From Candidatus Altiarchaeota archaeon (GTDB taxonomy: Archaea > Altiarchaeota > Altiarchaeia > IMC4 > SCGC-AAA252-I15): 64,000 bases of DNA. Below are positions 26,687-36,640 of the stretch, piece by piece (the stretch's first letter is position 1; every line of letters begins with the position of its first letter). The position numbers were made by a program, and so were the translations under genes. Under the pieces are notes generated by a model, which saw nothing but the letters and a program-made list of their open reading frames with translations, was not told where the DNA came from and ran no database searches. The DNA is taken from the NCBI GenBank assembly GCA_028712125.1, contig JAQTQS010000001.1, forward strand, positions 3,526-67,525, read 5' to 3'.

Positions 26687-27364
26687 TTAGCCAACCAATT
26701 TTACTAGAAAATCTAGTGTATCTACTATTGCGGTCTTTGTTAATGTATTTTCAACGCTAGTGTCTTCGTAGTATATTATTTGGTTTCCAGTTATTTTGAG
26801 TATTGTATAATTTAGGTTCTTATCGAGTTTCTTTAGTAGTAAATCAGTTCTGTAAGGATTCATAATATTCTGAGCTTGGGTAAGGTTTGTGGTTTTTACA
26901 AAGAATTTTTCATCAAATGCTTTGCTATTTGTTTCATAATACTGGAAGTCAGTCATCTTAAATTTTGGCATACTGCGAACTTCATGGACATGACCTTTCC
27001 TGAATATTAGCGTGCTGCCATCACCAATATTCATTTTGTTTGGGAGGGTAATCTCAAGAGTTGGCTTGTATCGGCTAGTAGAAATATAATCCGTTGCCAC
27101 ATACTGCATTTTACCTTCAAATGAAAGGATAATTGTTATTGTTCTACCCTGATAGTTACCTTCTACCATTATGACTTTATTACCCTCTTGTATACTCCAC
27201 GTACCGCCTAACTCTTGAAATATCTTTCTTACATCTGTTTGAGCCTTTTGCTGTCCTTTCTTCTGCCATCTCCTTGCAAGGAGTAATATTGCAAGTACTA
27301 TGGCAACTTGTGCTATAACAGATATTACTTTCTTTAGTGTGGTTTCACCTATCAAAACAACCAT
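26687..27364 (-). CDS. Hypothetical single-TM protein
   Basis: N-terminal TM helix; AT-rich gene. Confidence 0.7.
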   Translation of the reverse strand: MVVLIGETTLKKVISVIAQVAIVLAILLLARRWQKKGQQKAQTDVRKIFQELGGTWSIQEGNKVIMVEGNYQGRTITIILSFEGKMQYVATDYISTSRYKPTLEITLPNKMNIGDGSTLIFRKGHVHEVRSMPKFKMTDFQYYETNSKAFDEKFFVKTTNLTQAQNIMNPYRTDLLLKKLDKNLNYTILKITGNQIIYYEDTSVENTLTKTAIVDTLDFLVKLVG

Positions 27365-27460
27365 TTTGATTATTCTTTTAACTTAAGAATTAAACTATGA
27401 GTATAAGCTTCAAACGGCAGAAATTTAATCTATCGTGGTTTCCCAAAGTTGTAAAAAATC

Positions 27461-28579
27461 TTATTTTCCTTTATCTTCTATCAGCTTTTTAATATTTTTC
27501 GCCCCGTCTAGTCTTTTTGCGTATTCCTTCAGTCTCTGGCAGTTTTTCCTTACAGCGCTGTCATCCAAAAGTTCCTTAATTGCGTCGCTTATCATGAACG
27601 CGGGCGTGTGGTAGCTCAGACGCCGGCCGACGTTGAGAATATCCAGCTGTTCGGCGTTGTTTGCCTGCTCGCTGTGGTTCATGTCCGGGAAGGATATGAG
27701 CGGGACGCCGTAGGTCATGCATTCCATCATGGTTGAGTGGCCGCCGGGGGCGATTACGACGTCGGTTGATTTCAGGTAGGATGCTATGTTCGGCAGGTAG
27801 TCTATTACGGTGACGTTCTTGGGGTGGTTTTTCAGCTTTTCCGGGTTTACATTCGGGCCTGCGAGCATGGTGAAATTCAGCTTCGGGTTTTCACGCGCGA
27901 CTTCCAGGAGGTTTACTAGTAGTTTTTCCCTGTAGCCGAATCCGCCGACGAGCGAGAGCACGTGCGGCCGCGCTAGTTCAGCGGCTTTCACGTCCTCGGG
28001 CTTGTTCATGACGAGCGGGCCTGAGTAGTTTAGTATCTCGCCGAGCTCTTCGACGTTGCTCTTGCAGATGGTCCAGGGCGGCGGAAAGTCGGGGATGATT
28101 ACTTTTTGCACGTTGTTGAAGACGGCGTCCATGAAATGGCGCAGGAGCTTTCCCGCGAGTTCCGCGCTCACGCCGCGGTTCTCGAAGAACTTGTAGGTGT
28201 TGGTCTGGTTTGCAATGAGATAGGCTGGGACGCCCTGCAGCTTCGCCGCGATTATCGCAAGGAAATAGCTGTCTGAGATGAGCATGTCGGGCCGGCCTTC
28301 CCGCACCTGGTTTATCACCTTGGGCAGGCCGAGCGGCTCCATATCCGTTATGGAGGCCTTCATGCTCTCGTTTATGTCGAGGGAGCCTGCTTTACCGATG
28401 AGCTTTATCTCCGAGGGTATTTCGATGGCCGGATAGCCGTTCTTTTCTATATGGCTTTTGGAGGAGCCGTAGGCGTGGAAGGTCAGTTCATGGCCGGCGT
28501 TCAGCAGTTCCTTCCCGAGAGCTAGGCATCTGGACGTGTGGCCGAGGCCTTCTCCGCACATGTAGAGCTGGATTTTCAT
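27461..28579 (-). CDS. GT-B glycosyltransferase (MJ1255/GT28-C-like)
   Basis: GEGLGHTSR, GGHSTMME..GVP, HSEQANNA. Confidence 0.9.
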   Translation of the reverse strand: MKIQLYMCGEGLGHTSRCLALGKELLNAGHELTFHAYGSSKSHIEKNGYPAIEIPSEIKLIGKAGSLDINESMKASITDMEPLGLPKVINQVREGRPDMLISDSYFLAIIAAKLQGVPAYLIANQTNTYKFFENRGVSAELAGKLLRHFMDAVFNNVQKVIIPDFPPPWTICKSNVEELGEILNYSGPLVMNKPEDVKAAELARPHVLSLVGGFGYREKLLVNLLEVARENPKLNFTMLAGPNVNPEKLKNHPKNVTVIDYLPNIASYLKSTDVVIAPGGHSTMMECMTYGVPLISFPDMNHSEQANNAEQLDILNVGRRLSYHTPAFMISDAIKELLDDSAVRKNCQRLKEYAKRLDGAKNIKKLIEDKGK

Positions 28580-28741
28580 CTGGGTTTCTTGTTTATTCTA
28601 TTGTATTAACGGATTTATTAGGCGGGTTTCGTGAATGAACTATGAGTAGGGGGGGATGTCCCGGTTGGTTTACTATCTTGGCCTTGATGGTTGTCATCGC
28701 TTGCGGGTGCTTTCCGGCATTTTTCTGCCAGTCCTGCGTAA

Positions 28742-30379
28742 TTGTTTACATTGAAAAGGGAAGTGCATAGACCGGCAGGGGAGATTATCGCGCGCGGGCA
28801 GTTGGACGGCCAGCTGTCGATTCAGGGTTTGGTCGACCCCATATCTACTTGGGAGTTGAAGGTGAGGAATCTTGGCGCAAAACGCCTTCTTACGATAAGC
28901 AAGCCGGACCCTGCTCCGCAGGATGTTATGCGGTTTTTTGACGAGACGCCGCACCCGGCCGTGATGGAGGATTCGGGCTCACGCCTGCTGCAGGGCTCCA
29001 GGGCTTTAAGGGAGCGTCTGGTCGAGGTGGACAGGAAGTTCGGCACTGACTATTCCAAGGACGACGCTGACCGGCTTTATCTCACCGAAGGGGTCTCAGG
29101 CGCGCTCAGTTTCACATTAAGCCTTTTTAGCGGCTCCGATGTGCTAATCCAGCGGCCGGGGTGGGGTACGGTGTACACGATGGCCCGTGTCGTGGGCTGT
29201 AATCCCGTTCCCTGCGACTTGTTCGAGGGCGGCGTCTTCAACCCGGAGAAGGCGGACTCTGCTGTGACGAAGAGGACGAAGGCCGTTTTCATGAACATGC
29301 CGTCTAATCCTGAGGGCATGATACTGCCCGACGGCGAGGTCAGGAAGTTCGCTGAATACTGCGTCGACAGGAAGCTTCATGTCGTAAGCGACGAGGTCTA
29401 CAAATACCTCCGTTACGTGGGGAGGAACTACAGCCCGCTGAACGCCCCCGGAGCCTCCGAGAATGTGACGGTCGTCTCCAGCATGAGCAAGGTTTACGGC
29501 GAGAAAGCAAAGCCGGGCTATGCCAGGCTTTCACCCGCACTGCTCAGGGAGGCGGGACGGGACCGGATAGCCGACGCCTTCGGGAAGATGAACCAGACAC
29601 CGTCTCCGGAATCACAGTCCTCCCTGCTGAATGCGATAGAACACCACGAGGATTTGGCATTCATGTACAGGATTGTTGACGGCTATTTCCACAAGACCAG
29701 TTTCATGGCAGACTACCTGGAAGGCTTGGGCTGCACGGTGCCCTACAGGCCGAATGCCGGCTATTTCGTGTTCGCCAGGGCGCCGGAGGGCATGGACGGC
29801 GCGTCGTTCGTCGAGCGGATGGCCGGCGAGAGGGGTGTCGGCATGCTGCCGGGCGTGTGCTTCGGCGGAGGCGACCGCAGGTACGATGATTATTTCAGGG
29901 TTTCGCTCGGCGACGGCGTCACATACAGGGAACTGGACAAACTGCTGGGCGATGCCCTGCCGGACACCAAGGTTGCAGGCGCCATTGTCAAGCCTGATTT
30001 GACAGGCAAAACGGTTTTTAATGGCGTTAAGCTGGAGCGCGGGAGGAAGGATGTCACAATCACCAGCTCGTCAATGATACACCCGAAAAACGTCGGCTGG
30101 GTGGTAAAACAGGGAATAACCGACATAATCTCACTTGAGCCGATGCAGGCCGGCACGAAGACCGCGCTCGCAAGCCGCGGGGTAAAAACCTATGATTTCC
30201 CTGTTAGAGACGACACGGACGTCGTGTTTGGCGAGAGCGATGTTAGAAGCCTGGTTGGCCTTGTGAAGGGCATACTCGAAAAAAACCAGAAAGGCAGCAT
30301 ACTCATACACTGCGAGCACTGCAACAACCGGACGCCTGAGGCCATAAGGGTGCTCACAAGAGAGCTAGGCCGAAAGTAA
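28742..30379 (+). CDS. Class I/II PLP aminotransferase fused to CX5R phosphatase-like domain
   Basis: PSNPEG, SDEVY, SSMSK (PLP Lys), YFRVS; C-terminal DFPVRDD and IHCEHCNNRT; TTG start uncertain. Confidence 0.8.
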   Translation: MFTLKREVHRPAGEIIARGQLDGQLSIQGLVDPISTWELKVRNLGAKRLLTISKPDPAPQDVMRFFDETPHPAVMEDSGSRLLQGSRALRERLVEVDRKFGTDYSKDDADRLYLTEGVSGALSFTLSLFSGSDVLIQRPGWGTVYTMARVVGCNPVPCDLFEGGVFNPEKADSAVTKRTKAVFMNMPSNPEGMILPDGEVRKFAEYCVDRKLHVVSDEVYKYLRYVGRNYSPLNAPGASENVTVVSSMSKVYGEKAKPGYARLSPALLREAGRDRIADAFGKMNQTPSPESQSSLLNAIEHHEDLAFMYRIVDGYFHKTSFMADYLEGLGCTVPYRPNAGYFVFARAPEGMDGASFVERMAGERGVGMLPGVCFGGGDRRYDDYFRVSLGDGVTYRELDKLLGDALPDTKVAGAIVKPDLTGKTVFNGVKLERGRKDVTITSSSMIHPKNVGWVVKQGITDIISLEPMQAGTKTALASRGVKTYDFPVRDDTDVVFGESDVRSLVGLVKGILEKNQKGSILIHCEHCNNRTPEAIRVLTRELGRK

Positions 30380-30428
30380 CATGCAAGACGCAAGACTGAC
30401 GCCAAGCAACAGCGGAAAAGCTTACCGC

Positions 30429-31073
30429 CTATTTCACCCTCTCATGTTGTTTCAATGCCCTTGCTATGTCCAAGGGGCCGCCGGCCTGCTTGTATGTTTG
30501 TCCGAGCCTTTCCATGGTTTCCCTTCCTTCGGTAATCAGGCCTGACGGGAATTCCGCACTAAACGGATTTTTCGGCCTTGCCACCGCCCTGTCGAAGTGG
30601 TTTAGCACGCTTTGCGTTATTATGTCGGCCGTCAGCCCTCTTTGAACCAGCTCGGCCAGACTGATGTTCTGTGAACGCCTGAAATCGGCGGTCCCTAGTT
30701 TGAATTTTATGGGCAGGCGCCTGTCCAATTGCGCTTCGGCAAACACGTACCAAGATCCTTCCGGCGGGTTTTCCATCGCCCCCTCGGGAACAATCTTGTA
30801 GTCATACTTCACGGACCTTGCCTTGTCGAGTGGGAACTGCTGGCCGCTGCCCTGCTCGGGTACGACAACCGCCACCACCAGAGGCTGCCGCGGGCGGTTA
30901 TTCAGGCGAGTGTGGGCTATGAAGTATAATGCTTTCTCCCAGTCCGGAGAGTTGGCGAATTCAGCTAACGATTGCATGCGGGGTGCGACCCCAAGAGCTG
31001 CAACTTTCTCTGTGACTTGGGCGTCAGGTCCCGTCGGGCTGACCTTTATCTGCCTTCTCTGCTCTTGCGCCAT
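30429..31073 (-). CDS. Hypothetical protein
   Basis: ORF starting MAQEQRRQIKVSP; divergent from 31218. Confidence 0.6.
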   Translation of the reverse strand: MAQEQRRQIKVSPTGPDAQVTEKVAALGVAPRMQSLAEFANSPDWEKALYFIAHTRLNNRPRQPLVVAVVVPEQGSGQQFPLDKARSVKYDYKIVPEGAMENPPEGSWYVFAEAQLDRRLPIKFKLGTADFRRSQNISLAELVQRGLTADIITQSVLNHFDRAVARPKNPFSAEFPSGLITEGRETMERLGQTYKQAGGPLDIARALKQHERVK

Positions 31074-31217
31074 CAATAATATACATGGGGTTAATGTTAA
31101 TAAGCATGCACGGCGGCGTGACGCGCGATTTGGCTTTATAGGAGTTCGCATATGGCTTTGACTCGCTTTCGCCTTTCCATGGGGGTATATTAAACCGTCC
31201 GGCCTGTATCTTATTGT

Positions 31218-32105
31218 ATGGCATCTGTCAGGCGCGTCGAGCCGAGGGGGGAGTTTGTCTCAAGGCTTGACGGCAGGGTTGACGAGGTCTTGAAGAGCAA
31301 TTTCCCGGACGGCATCGGGTTTTCCTCGGTTGCGGACAGCGAGCGCAAGAGAAGCGGGTTAAGCGTTGGCGTCCTCCGGTTCGTGAGGGAAAGCCTCGGC
31401 CTGTCGGCAGACACCGTCGGGCCAAAAGGGCTCGCTATTCTAAGAGAAGTCGAATCGCAGGACAACCGGCTGGGATGGATGGGGGGCGCGTTCGGGATGA
31501 TTCTCCATGCCGGCCTTATTATGAACGACCCCAAACCCGATGTAGCCAGGCGGTTTTTCGAGACTATTAGGGACGACCTTGCAAAGTACGGCGACATATA
31601 CCCAGACCCCACGAAGAGGAGGCTTGCCGCGGCCGTCAACGGAAAGCTGGGCGAACTGGGCAGCATGCAATTGGACGACGTCATGGCGGACCCGGTCGTG
31701 GGAGAGCTTCTCAATGCTTCCAAGGCTCTCAGCGAGCGGAAGGTCGAGTCCGTCATCGGCGGCGACTCAAAGGAGTACTATGAGAGGTTCAAACTCGGCA
31801 TGAGGGCTGCGGGCGGCAAGGTGAGGGCGCACGCCCCGCCGTTTGAGAGGCAGACAGGCGATAAAGACCAGCTGATAAGCGTGATAGAAAGAAGGCCCGA
31901 CGCCGAGGTCGGCGCTGTGGCGGACTTCGAAAAACTAAAGGGGGAACACCCGCCGGATTCGTCAATAAAATTCAGGGATTACAGCAGGGAGTTCATATAC
32001 CTCGAGCAATGGGAGGGGGCCGTCGCCTCACGCAGGATGAACCAGGCGAGGAGGATAATACCAAAGGCCGACGCCGCAGAGGTCGAGAGGAACCTGTTGG
32101 CGTAA
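31218..32105 (+). CDS. Hypothetical protein
   Basis: 295-aa ORF; TATA-like TATATTAAA shortly upstream. Confidence 0.7.
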   Translation: MASVRRVEPRGEFVSRLDGRVDEVLKSNFPDGIGFSSVADSERKRSGLSVGVLRFVRESLGLSADTVGPKGLAILREVESQDNRLGWMGGAFGMILHAGLIMNDPKPDVARRFFETIRDDLAKYGDIYPDPTKRRLAAAVNGKLGELGSMQLDDVMADPVVGELLNASKALSERKVESVIGGDSKEYYERFKLGMRAAGGKVRAHAPPFERQTGDKDQLISVIERRPDAEVGAVADFEKLKGEHPPDSSIKFRDYSREFIYLEQWEGAVASRRMNQARRIIPKADAAEVERNLLA

Positions 32106-32394
32106 CGCTCTTGGGCGCGGGAAGCCTTGAGGCCGCACTTAAGGCCGGGAAAGGCTGCTGAGACGGTCTCGATGGCGGACAGGGGTGCCGACATATCCAT
32201 CATGGACTTTTACCGCCTCCATCCGGACGGCGCCACCATAGAGAAACGGCAGGAGTACATAGCATCAACCAAAGGCGTCGGCATGCCGAAAGGCCACGTC
32301 CTGTTCTCGACCCACTGGGTTACGATGGATGCCGAAGGCCGGCTTAAGTACGGCCAGGAGTCGAGGAACGTGCCTAAAGAAAAGTTGAGGTAGG

Positions 32395-32916
32395 TTAGTG
32401 TCTTGTTTCTCTTATTTTTTTCGCAAGCGCAAGTAAGCCAGTGAGTATCTGTTTCGGCGTCGGGGGGTTGCCGGGTATCTTCAGGTCTACCGGGAGTATC
32501 TTGTCGGCCCCGCCGAGGACTGCATAAGTGCCTTTGTAGATTCCGCCGTCGCATGCGTCGTCCCCGACCGCGATTACGAACTTCGGGCCGGGCATGGCGT
32601 CGTATGTCTTTTTGGCCGCTATTGCCATGTTGTGCGTCACCGCGCCGGTTACGATGAGTACGTCGGCGTGGCGCGGCGATGCGACGAAGGTTATGCCATA
32701 GCGTTCGATGTCGTAGTGCGGCGTTGTCAGGTTAACTAGCTCTATCTCCGCTGCGTTGTCGCTTCCGGTGTCAAGCTCGCGTATTGCGAGGCTGCGGCCG
32801 AATATAGCGTCCGCTTCCTTTTTCAGCTTGATGCCGAGTCGTTCGAATTCCCCGTCACTGATTGCGAACGATTCCGTCTTCTTCGGCCTTAATAGCCTTG
32901 CTAGCGTGTTTTCCAT
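32395..32916 (-). CDS. Ehr/HyfI/NuoB-like small subunit lacking the canonical Fe-S cysteines
   Basis: FVASPRHADVLIVTGAVT; DTGSDNAAEIE, GDDAC and IPGNPP in place of CxxC, GxCA and GCPP. Confidence 0.9.
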   Translation of the reverse strand: MENTLARLLRPKKTESFAISDGEFERLGIKLKKEADAIFGRSLAIRELDTGSDNAAEIELVNLTTPHYDIERYGITFVASPRHADVLIVTGAVTHNMAIAAKKTYDAMPGPKFVIAVGDDACDGGIYKGTYAVLGGADKILPVDLKIPGNPPTPKQILTGLLALAKKIRETRH

Positions 32917-32921
32917 TTTAT

Positions 32922-34493
32922 CTAAAGGTCGCATCCTGCGTATGAGAGGTTTAGGCTCTTGTTTATGAGCGGGAAGTCCGGCACAATGTTCCCGAGGACC
33001 GCGTGCTCTATCGCCTGCCAGTTGCAGTAGGACGCCGTCCGTATCTTATAGCGGTCTATCAGGCCGTCTTTGATGGACACGTAGTGGAGATTCTGGCCGC
33101 GTGCTGATTCCACGAGCGCGAGCGCGTGGCCGTCAGCTACCGGCTGCAGGGATAATATTTCGCCTTCCGGCATTTCCTTTATCGACTTTTTTATGATTCT
33201 TGCAGAATCGTTTATCTCGTGGAGCTTGAGCTCGAACCTTGAGAGGACGTCGCCGCCGTCGGAAGTCTTCAAGTCCGGCTTGATTGCGCCGTAAGTGCCG
33301 TAGGGGTGGTCTATGCGCGTGTCTGCCGGCGTTCCTGACGCTCGGGCTATCGGGCCGGTCAGGTTGAGCGGCTCGATTAGCTCTTTTTTGATTAAGCCCG
33401 TCTTTTCAAGGCGGTCTATGACTGTCGTGTGGGATTTGCAGTGTTCGGCGGCTTTGGCGAGCCGGCCTGTGAAGGAGTCAATGAATAGGGATGTTTCCCT
33501 GAGGCGCGAATCGTCGATGTCTCTTGCAAGCCCGCCTATCGTTATGGCGTTTTTCATGAACCTAGAGCCTGTGAGCCTTTCGTTCTGGCGCAGCGCCTCC
33601 TCGCGCAGGACGTAGAAATCGCTCGCCCCGGCCGGGTATGCGACATCGGTTATGATGCCGGCAACGTCGCCGAGCAGCGAGTACATGCGCTCCATCTCCA
33701 GTAGTATTGTGCGAAGGTATTGCGCTCTCTCAGGCACGGCAATCCCGGATATTTTCTCCACCGCCGTGCAATACGCGACCGAGTTCGTGACAGTCTCGTC
33801 GCCGCTGATTGACTCCGAGATTCTGACGCAGTCCTGCGGCCGCAGGCCTTCGGCCAGCTTTTCAATCCCCCGGTGGGTGTAGAACATGCGCACCTCAAGG
33901 TTGAAGATGGTCTCCCCGATGACGCTGAACCGGAAATGGCCGGGCTCGATTATGCCAGCGTGCACGGGGCCTACTGGGATTTCGTATACTCCTTCGCCTT
34001 CGACTTTTTTGAATTTGTATTCCTGTTCGGGAGGTATATTCGCATTGGTTTGTATGTCTGCGTTCTTGAAGGATTTAAGCAGGGGGTGGAAGTTCTCGGG
34101 ATAACCTTCGTGCAGGAAAAGCCGCCGTTTGTCGAATGCGTCCTCGAACTCTACTCCGAAGCCGTCGCGAATCTCCCGCTCGTACCAGCATGCCGACGGG
34201 AACGTTTCGGCGATGGACGACGCCCTGCCGCCGGCCGCATCGCGCGCAAGGACGAGAATTTCAGGAGCGCCGCGCTTTTCAAAGACGTAGAGCAGCGTGA
34301 AGGATGCGCGGCCTTCGAAACCTTGGACGCAGAACAGGCTGATTAGTATGAAGCTCTCTTTGGACAACGTCTGGATTGTGCTGTCGAACGCGCCTTCATG
34401 GACGTTCGCGTACAGCTCGCCGTTCCTGCCGGCCCGTATCCCCGATATCCCGCCTTCCAGCAGGCTTTCTATGCGTCTTTTAAGTTCGTCCAT
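32922..34493 (-). CDS. Ehr/HyfG-like large subunit (NuoC+NuoD) without NiFe motifs
   Basis: VGPVHAGIIEPGHFRF; SESISGDE and KSLNLSYAGCDL replace RxCGxC and DPCxxC. Confidence 0.92.
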   Translation of the reverse strand: MDELKRRIESLLEGGISGIRAGRNGELYANVHEGAFDSTIQTLSKESFILISLFCVQGFEGRASFTLLYVFEKRGAPEILVLARDAAGGRASSIAETFPSACWYEREIRDGFGVEFEDAFDKRRLFLHEGYPENFHPLLKSFKNADIQTNANIPPEQEYKFKKVEGEGVYEIPVGPVHAGIIEPGHFRFSVIGETIFNLEVRMFYTHRGIEKLAEGLRPQDCVRISESISGDETVTNSVAYCTAVEKISGIAVPERAQYLRTILLEMERMYSLLGDVAGIITDVAYPAGASDFYVLREEALRQNERLTGSRFMKNAITIGGLARDIDDSRLRETSLFIDSFTGRLAKAAEHCKSHTTVIDRLEKTGLIKKELIEPLNLTGPIARASGTPADTRIDHPYGTYGAIKPDLKTSDGGDVLSRFELKLHEINDSARIIKKSIKEMPEGEILSLQPVADGHALALVESARGQNLHYVSIKDGLIDRYKIRTASYCNWQAIEHAVLGNIVPDFPLINKSLNLSYAGCDL

Positions 34494-35957
34494 TCATGTC
34501 ACCTGAAACCCGAGTTCAGTAGCGATTGTGTTGAGCGAGTTTTCAAGAAAGTCCGGGAAGTAAAGGCCGACGGCGATGATTACGACCACGAGGACTGCAA
34601 GCGATATCTTCATGCCGGCGGTAATTGCGTATGGCTTCTCCTGCGCGTGCTCGCCCCCCGTCTGGGAGAACGCGGTCAGGAGGAATATCGCGAAGGCCGA
34701 CGACGCTGCGAGGAATAGCAGGAGCACGATAGCGAGGAGTATCGGCGAGGCACCCCCTATCTGGATGAGGAGCGACAGCTTCGAGAGGAACACCATGGAG
34801 GGCGGCATGCCGGTTATGGCCGCGCTTCCGATAATCAGGCACCATGAGGCCAGCGGCTGCAGCCTGAACAGGTCTTTCATGCGCTCTATCCTGCTGCTCG
34901 CGTACTGGCTGTGCAGTATCCCGGCCGAGAGGAATATCAGGGCCTTTGTGAGGGAGTGGGCGAGCGTGTGGAAGAGCGCCCAGAAGATTGACAGCGGCGT
35001 CCCAATGCCTACGCCCATGAGAATCAAGCCCATGTTCTCGATGCTTGAGAATGCTATAAGCCGCTTCAGGTTCTTCTGCTGGAGCATGCTGAATGCGGCA
35101 ATCAATATGCTCAAAAGGCCGAATGCTATGAGAAGGCTTGATATCATGCCTGCGGCCATTGTCTGGCGGGCTATCGAGTACATCCTCAGTATGCCGTATA
35201 GCCCGACATTGAGGAGTACCGCGGACAATACCGCGCTTATCTGGGATGGCGCCTTGGAGTGGGCGTGGGGAAGCCAAGTGTGGAAGGGCGCGATGCCCGC
35301 CTTCGCTGCGAAGCCGATGAAGGTGAATGCGAATACAACCATCATGATGTTTTGGGGGAGCGCCTGCGCGTGAAGCATTAGAACGCTCCACGTCAGGGTG
35401 CCGGCGCTGAAATAACGCTGGGTGAAAGCGAAGAGGAATATCAGGCCTATGAACGAGAAGAGCATGGCTATGGATGTCACGAATATGTACTTGAGCGACG
35501 CGTCTATGTTCTTACGGGAGTTTCGTATCGCTATGAGAAGGGCTGAGAAGAAGGTCGTAAGCTCGGTGAAAATCCAGAACAATGCGAGGTTGTTTGACAT
35601 GAAAGCCATGGCCGTGACGAAGAGCAGTATGTTGAAGCCTATATAGAAGAGCTTGATGCTGCCCTTGCCGAATTCCCCGTGGCGGGCGAGGCTTTCTACG
35701 TAGCCGCCGGAGTAGACTGCCGCAAGCAGGAATATGGCCGCGGCGATGAGTATCTCATAGGCGCCCAGGTGGTCGATGAAGAGGTATTGCTCCGCGGAGT
35801 AGTACTCCGGGAGGCCTGCGTATAGGAGTGCGTAGAGCGATAACGCGAGGTAGGCTGCGGAGTGGGCTATGGAGAGCGCGTTCATCGTCCGGCAGGAGCG
35901 GGCGAGCGAGAGCGCAATCAGCGCCAGCAGGCTTGACACAACGTAGTATTGCAGCAT
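34494..35957 (-). CDS. hyfF: HyfF-like antiporter-type membrane subunit
   Basis: KAGIAPFHTWLPHAHSKAPS, LKRLIAFSSIEN. Confidence 0.85.
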   Translation of the reverse strand: MLQYYVVSSLLALIALSLARSCRTMNALSIAHSAAYLALSLYALLYAGLPEYYSAEQYLFIDHLGAYEILIAAAIFLLAAVYSGGYVESLARHGEFGKGSIKLFYIGFNILLFVTAMAFMSNNLALFWIFTELTTFFSALLIAIRNSRKNIDASLKYIFVTSIAMLFSFIGLIFLFAFTQRYFSAGTLTWSVLMLHAQALPQNIMMVVFAFTFIGFAAKAGIAPFHTWLPHAHSKAPSQISAVLSAVLLNVGLYGILRMYSIARQTMAAGMISSLLIAFGLLSILIAAFSMLQQKNLKRLIAFSSIENMGLILMGVGIGTPLSIFWALFHTLAHSLTKALIFLSAGILHSQYASSRIERMKDLFRLQPLASWCLIIGSAAITGMPPSMVFLSKLSLLIQIGGASPILLAIVLLLFLAASSAFAIFLLTAFSQTGGEHAQEKPYAITAGMKISLAVLVVVIIAVGLYFPDFLENSLNTIATELGFQVT

Positions 35958-35959
35958 TC

Positions 35960-36640
35960 TTAATCGTCCTCCCTGAAGAGCACGCCCAGCCTGCGGAGCC
36001 GGTTCTGGAACTCTTCGATGCTTGAGTCTATGCCGATTGCCAGCACCGCCGCAAGCAGCACCAGCATTATCAGGTCTATCATGACAAGGACCTCTATGAT
36101 GAACGGGAGCTCGATGAGGAATATGCTGAACAATAGTACGCCGTTCTCAATCATCAGGTAGCCCAGTATCTTGGTGACTATCTTCGTCCTGCTGAACGTG
36201 ACCATCATGCCCATAAGCGAGAGCGATATGCCGAAGACCGCGCCGAGGTAGAAAAGGTTGCTGAGCGAGAACTCCCGGAGTATCACTGAAAAGGAGCCGT
36301 AGACAATGAGCACCAGCACAAGCGTCACGAAAATTGAGCCGACCGGGCCGATGTAATGGAACTCTATGTCCCGGCGTATGCTGATCTTCCTCTGCACCCT
36401 GCGTATCACATAGGGGATTGCGACGACCTTGCTGGCAAAAGTCAGGACTGCAAGGTACAATAGGAGGCGACCGCCCTGGCCGAGGTAGAGGGAAAGCGCG
36501 AGCAATGCCAGAAGGAGCGACTGCGTTGCGTAGGTCGAAACCAATGACAAGAGGTCCCGGCGGGTCACGATGAACGCGCCGGTCACGAGCACGAGGGCCA
36601 GGAGGACTTCTATCGCGCCCTCGACCGGAACGCTGGTCAT
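35960..36640 (-). CDS. hyfE: HyfE-like membrane subunit
   Basis: KVVAIP, GYLMIENG; operon position. Confidence 0.8.
   Translation of the reverse strand: MTSVPVEGAIEVLLALVLVTGAFIVTRRDLLSLVSTYATQSLLLALLALSLYLGQGGRLLLYLAVLTFASKVVAIPYVIRRVQRKISIRRDIEFHYIGPVGSIFVTLVLVLIVYGSFSVILREFSLSNLFYLGAVFGISLSLMGMMVTFSRTKIVTKILGYLMIENGVLLFSIFLIELPFIIEVLVMIDLIMLVLLAAVLAIGIDSSIEEFQNRLRRLGVLFREDD

Noticed and set aside
32127-32393. 88-aa + strand ORF
   Set aside because: TTG start and no recognisable motif; cannot support or exclude
32922-34493. Functional group 4 [NiFe]-hydrogenase / formate hydrogenlyase
   Set aside because: NiFe-binding CxxC motifs are absent and no maturation genes are in the window
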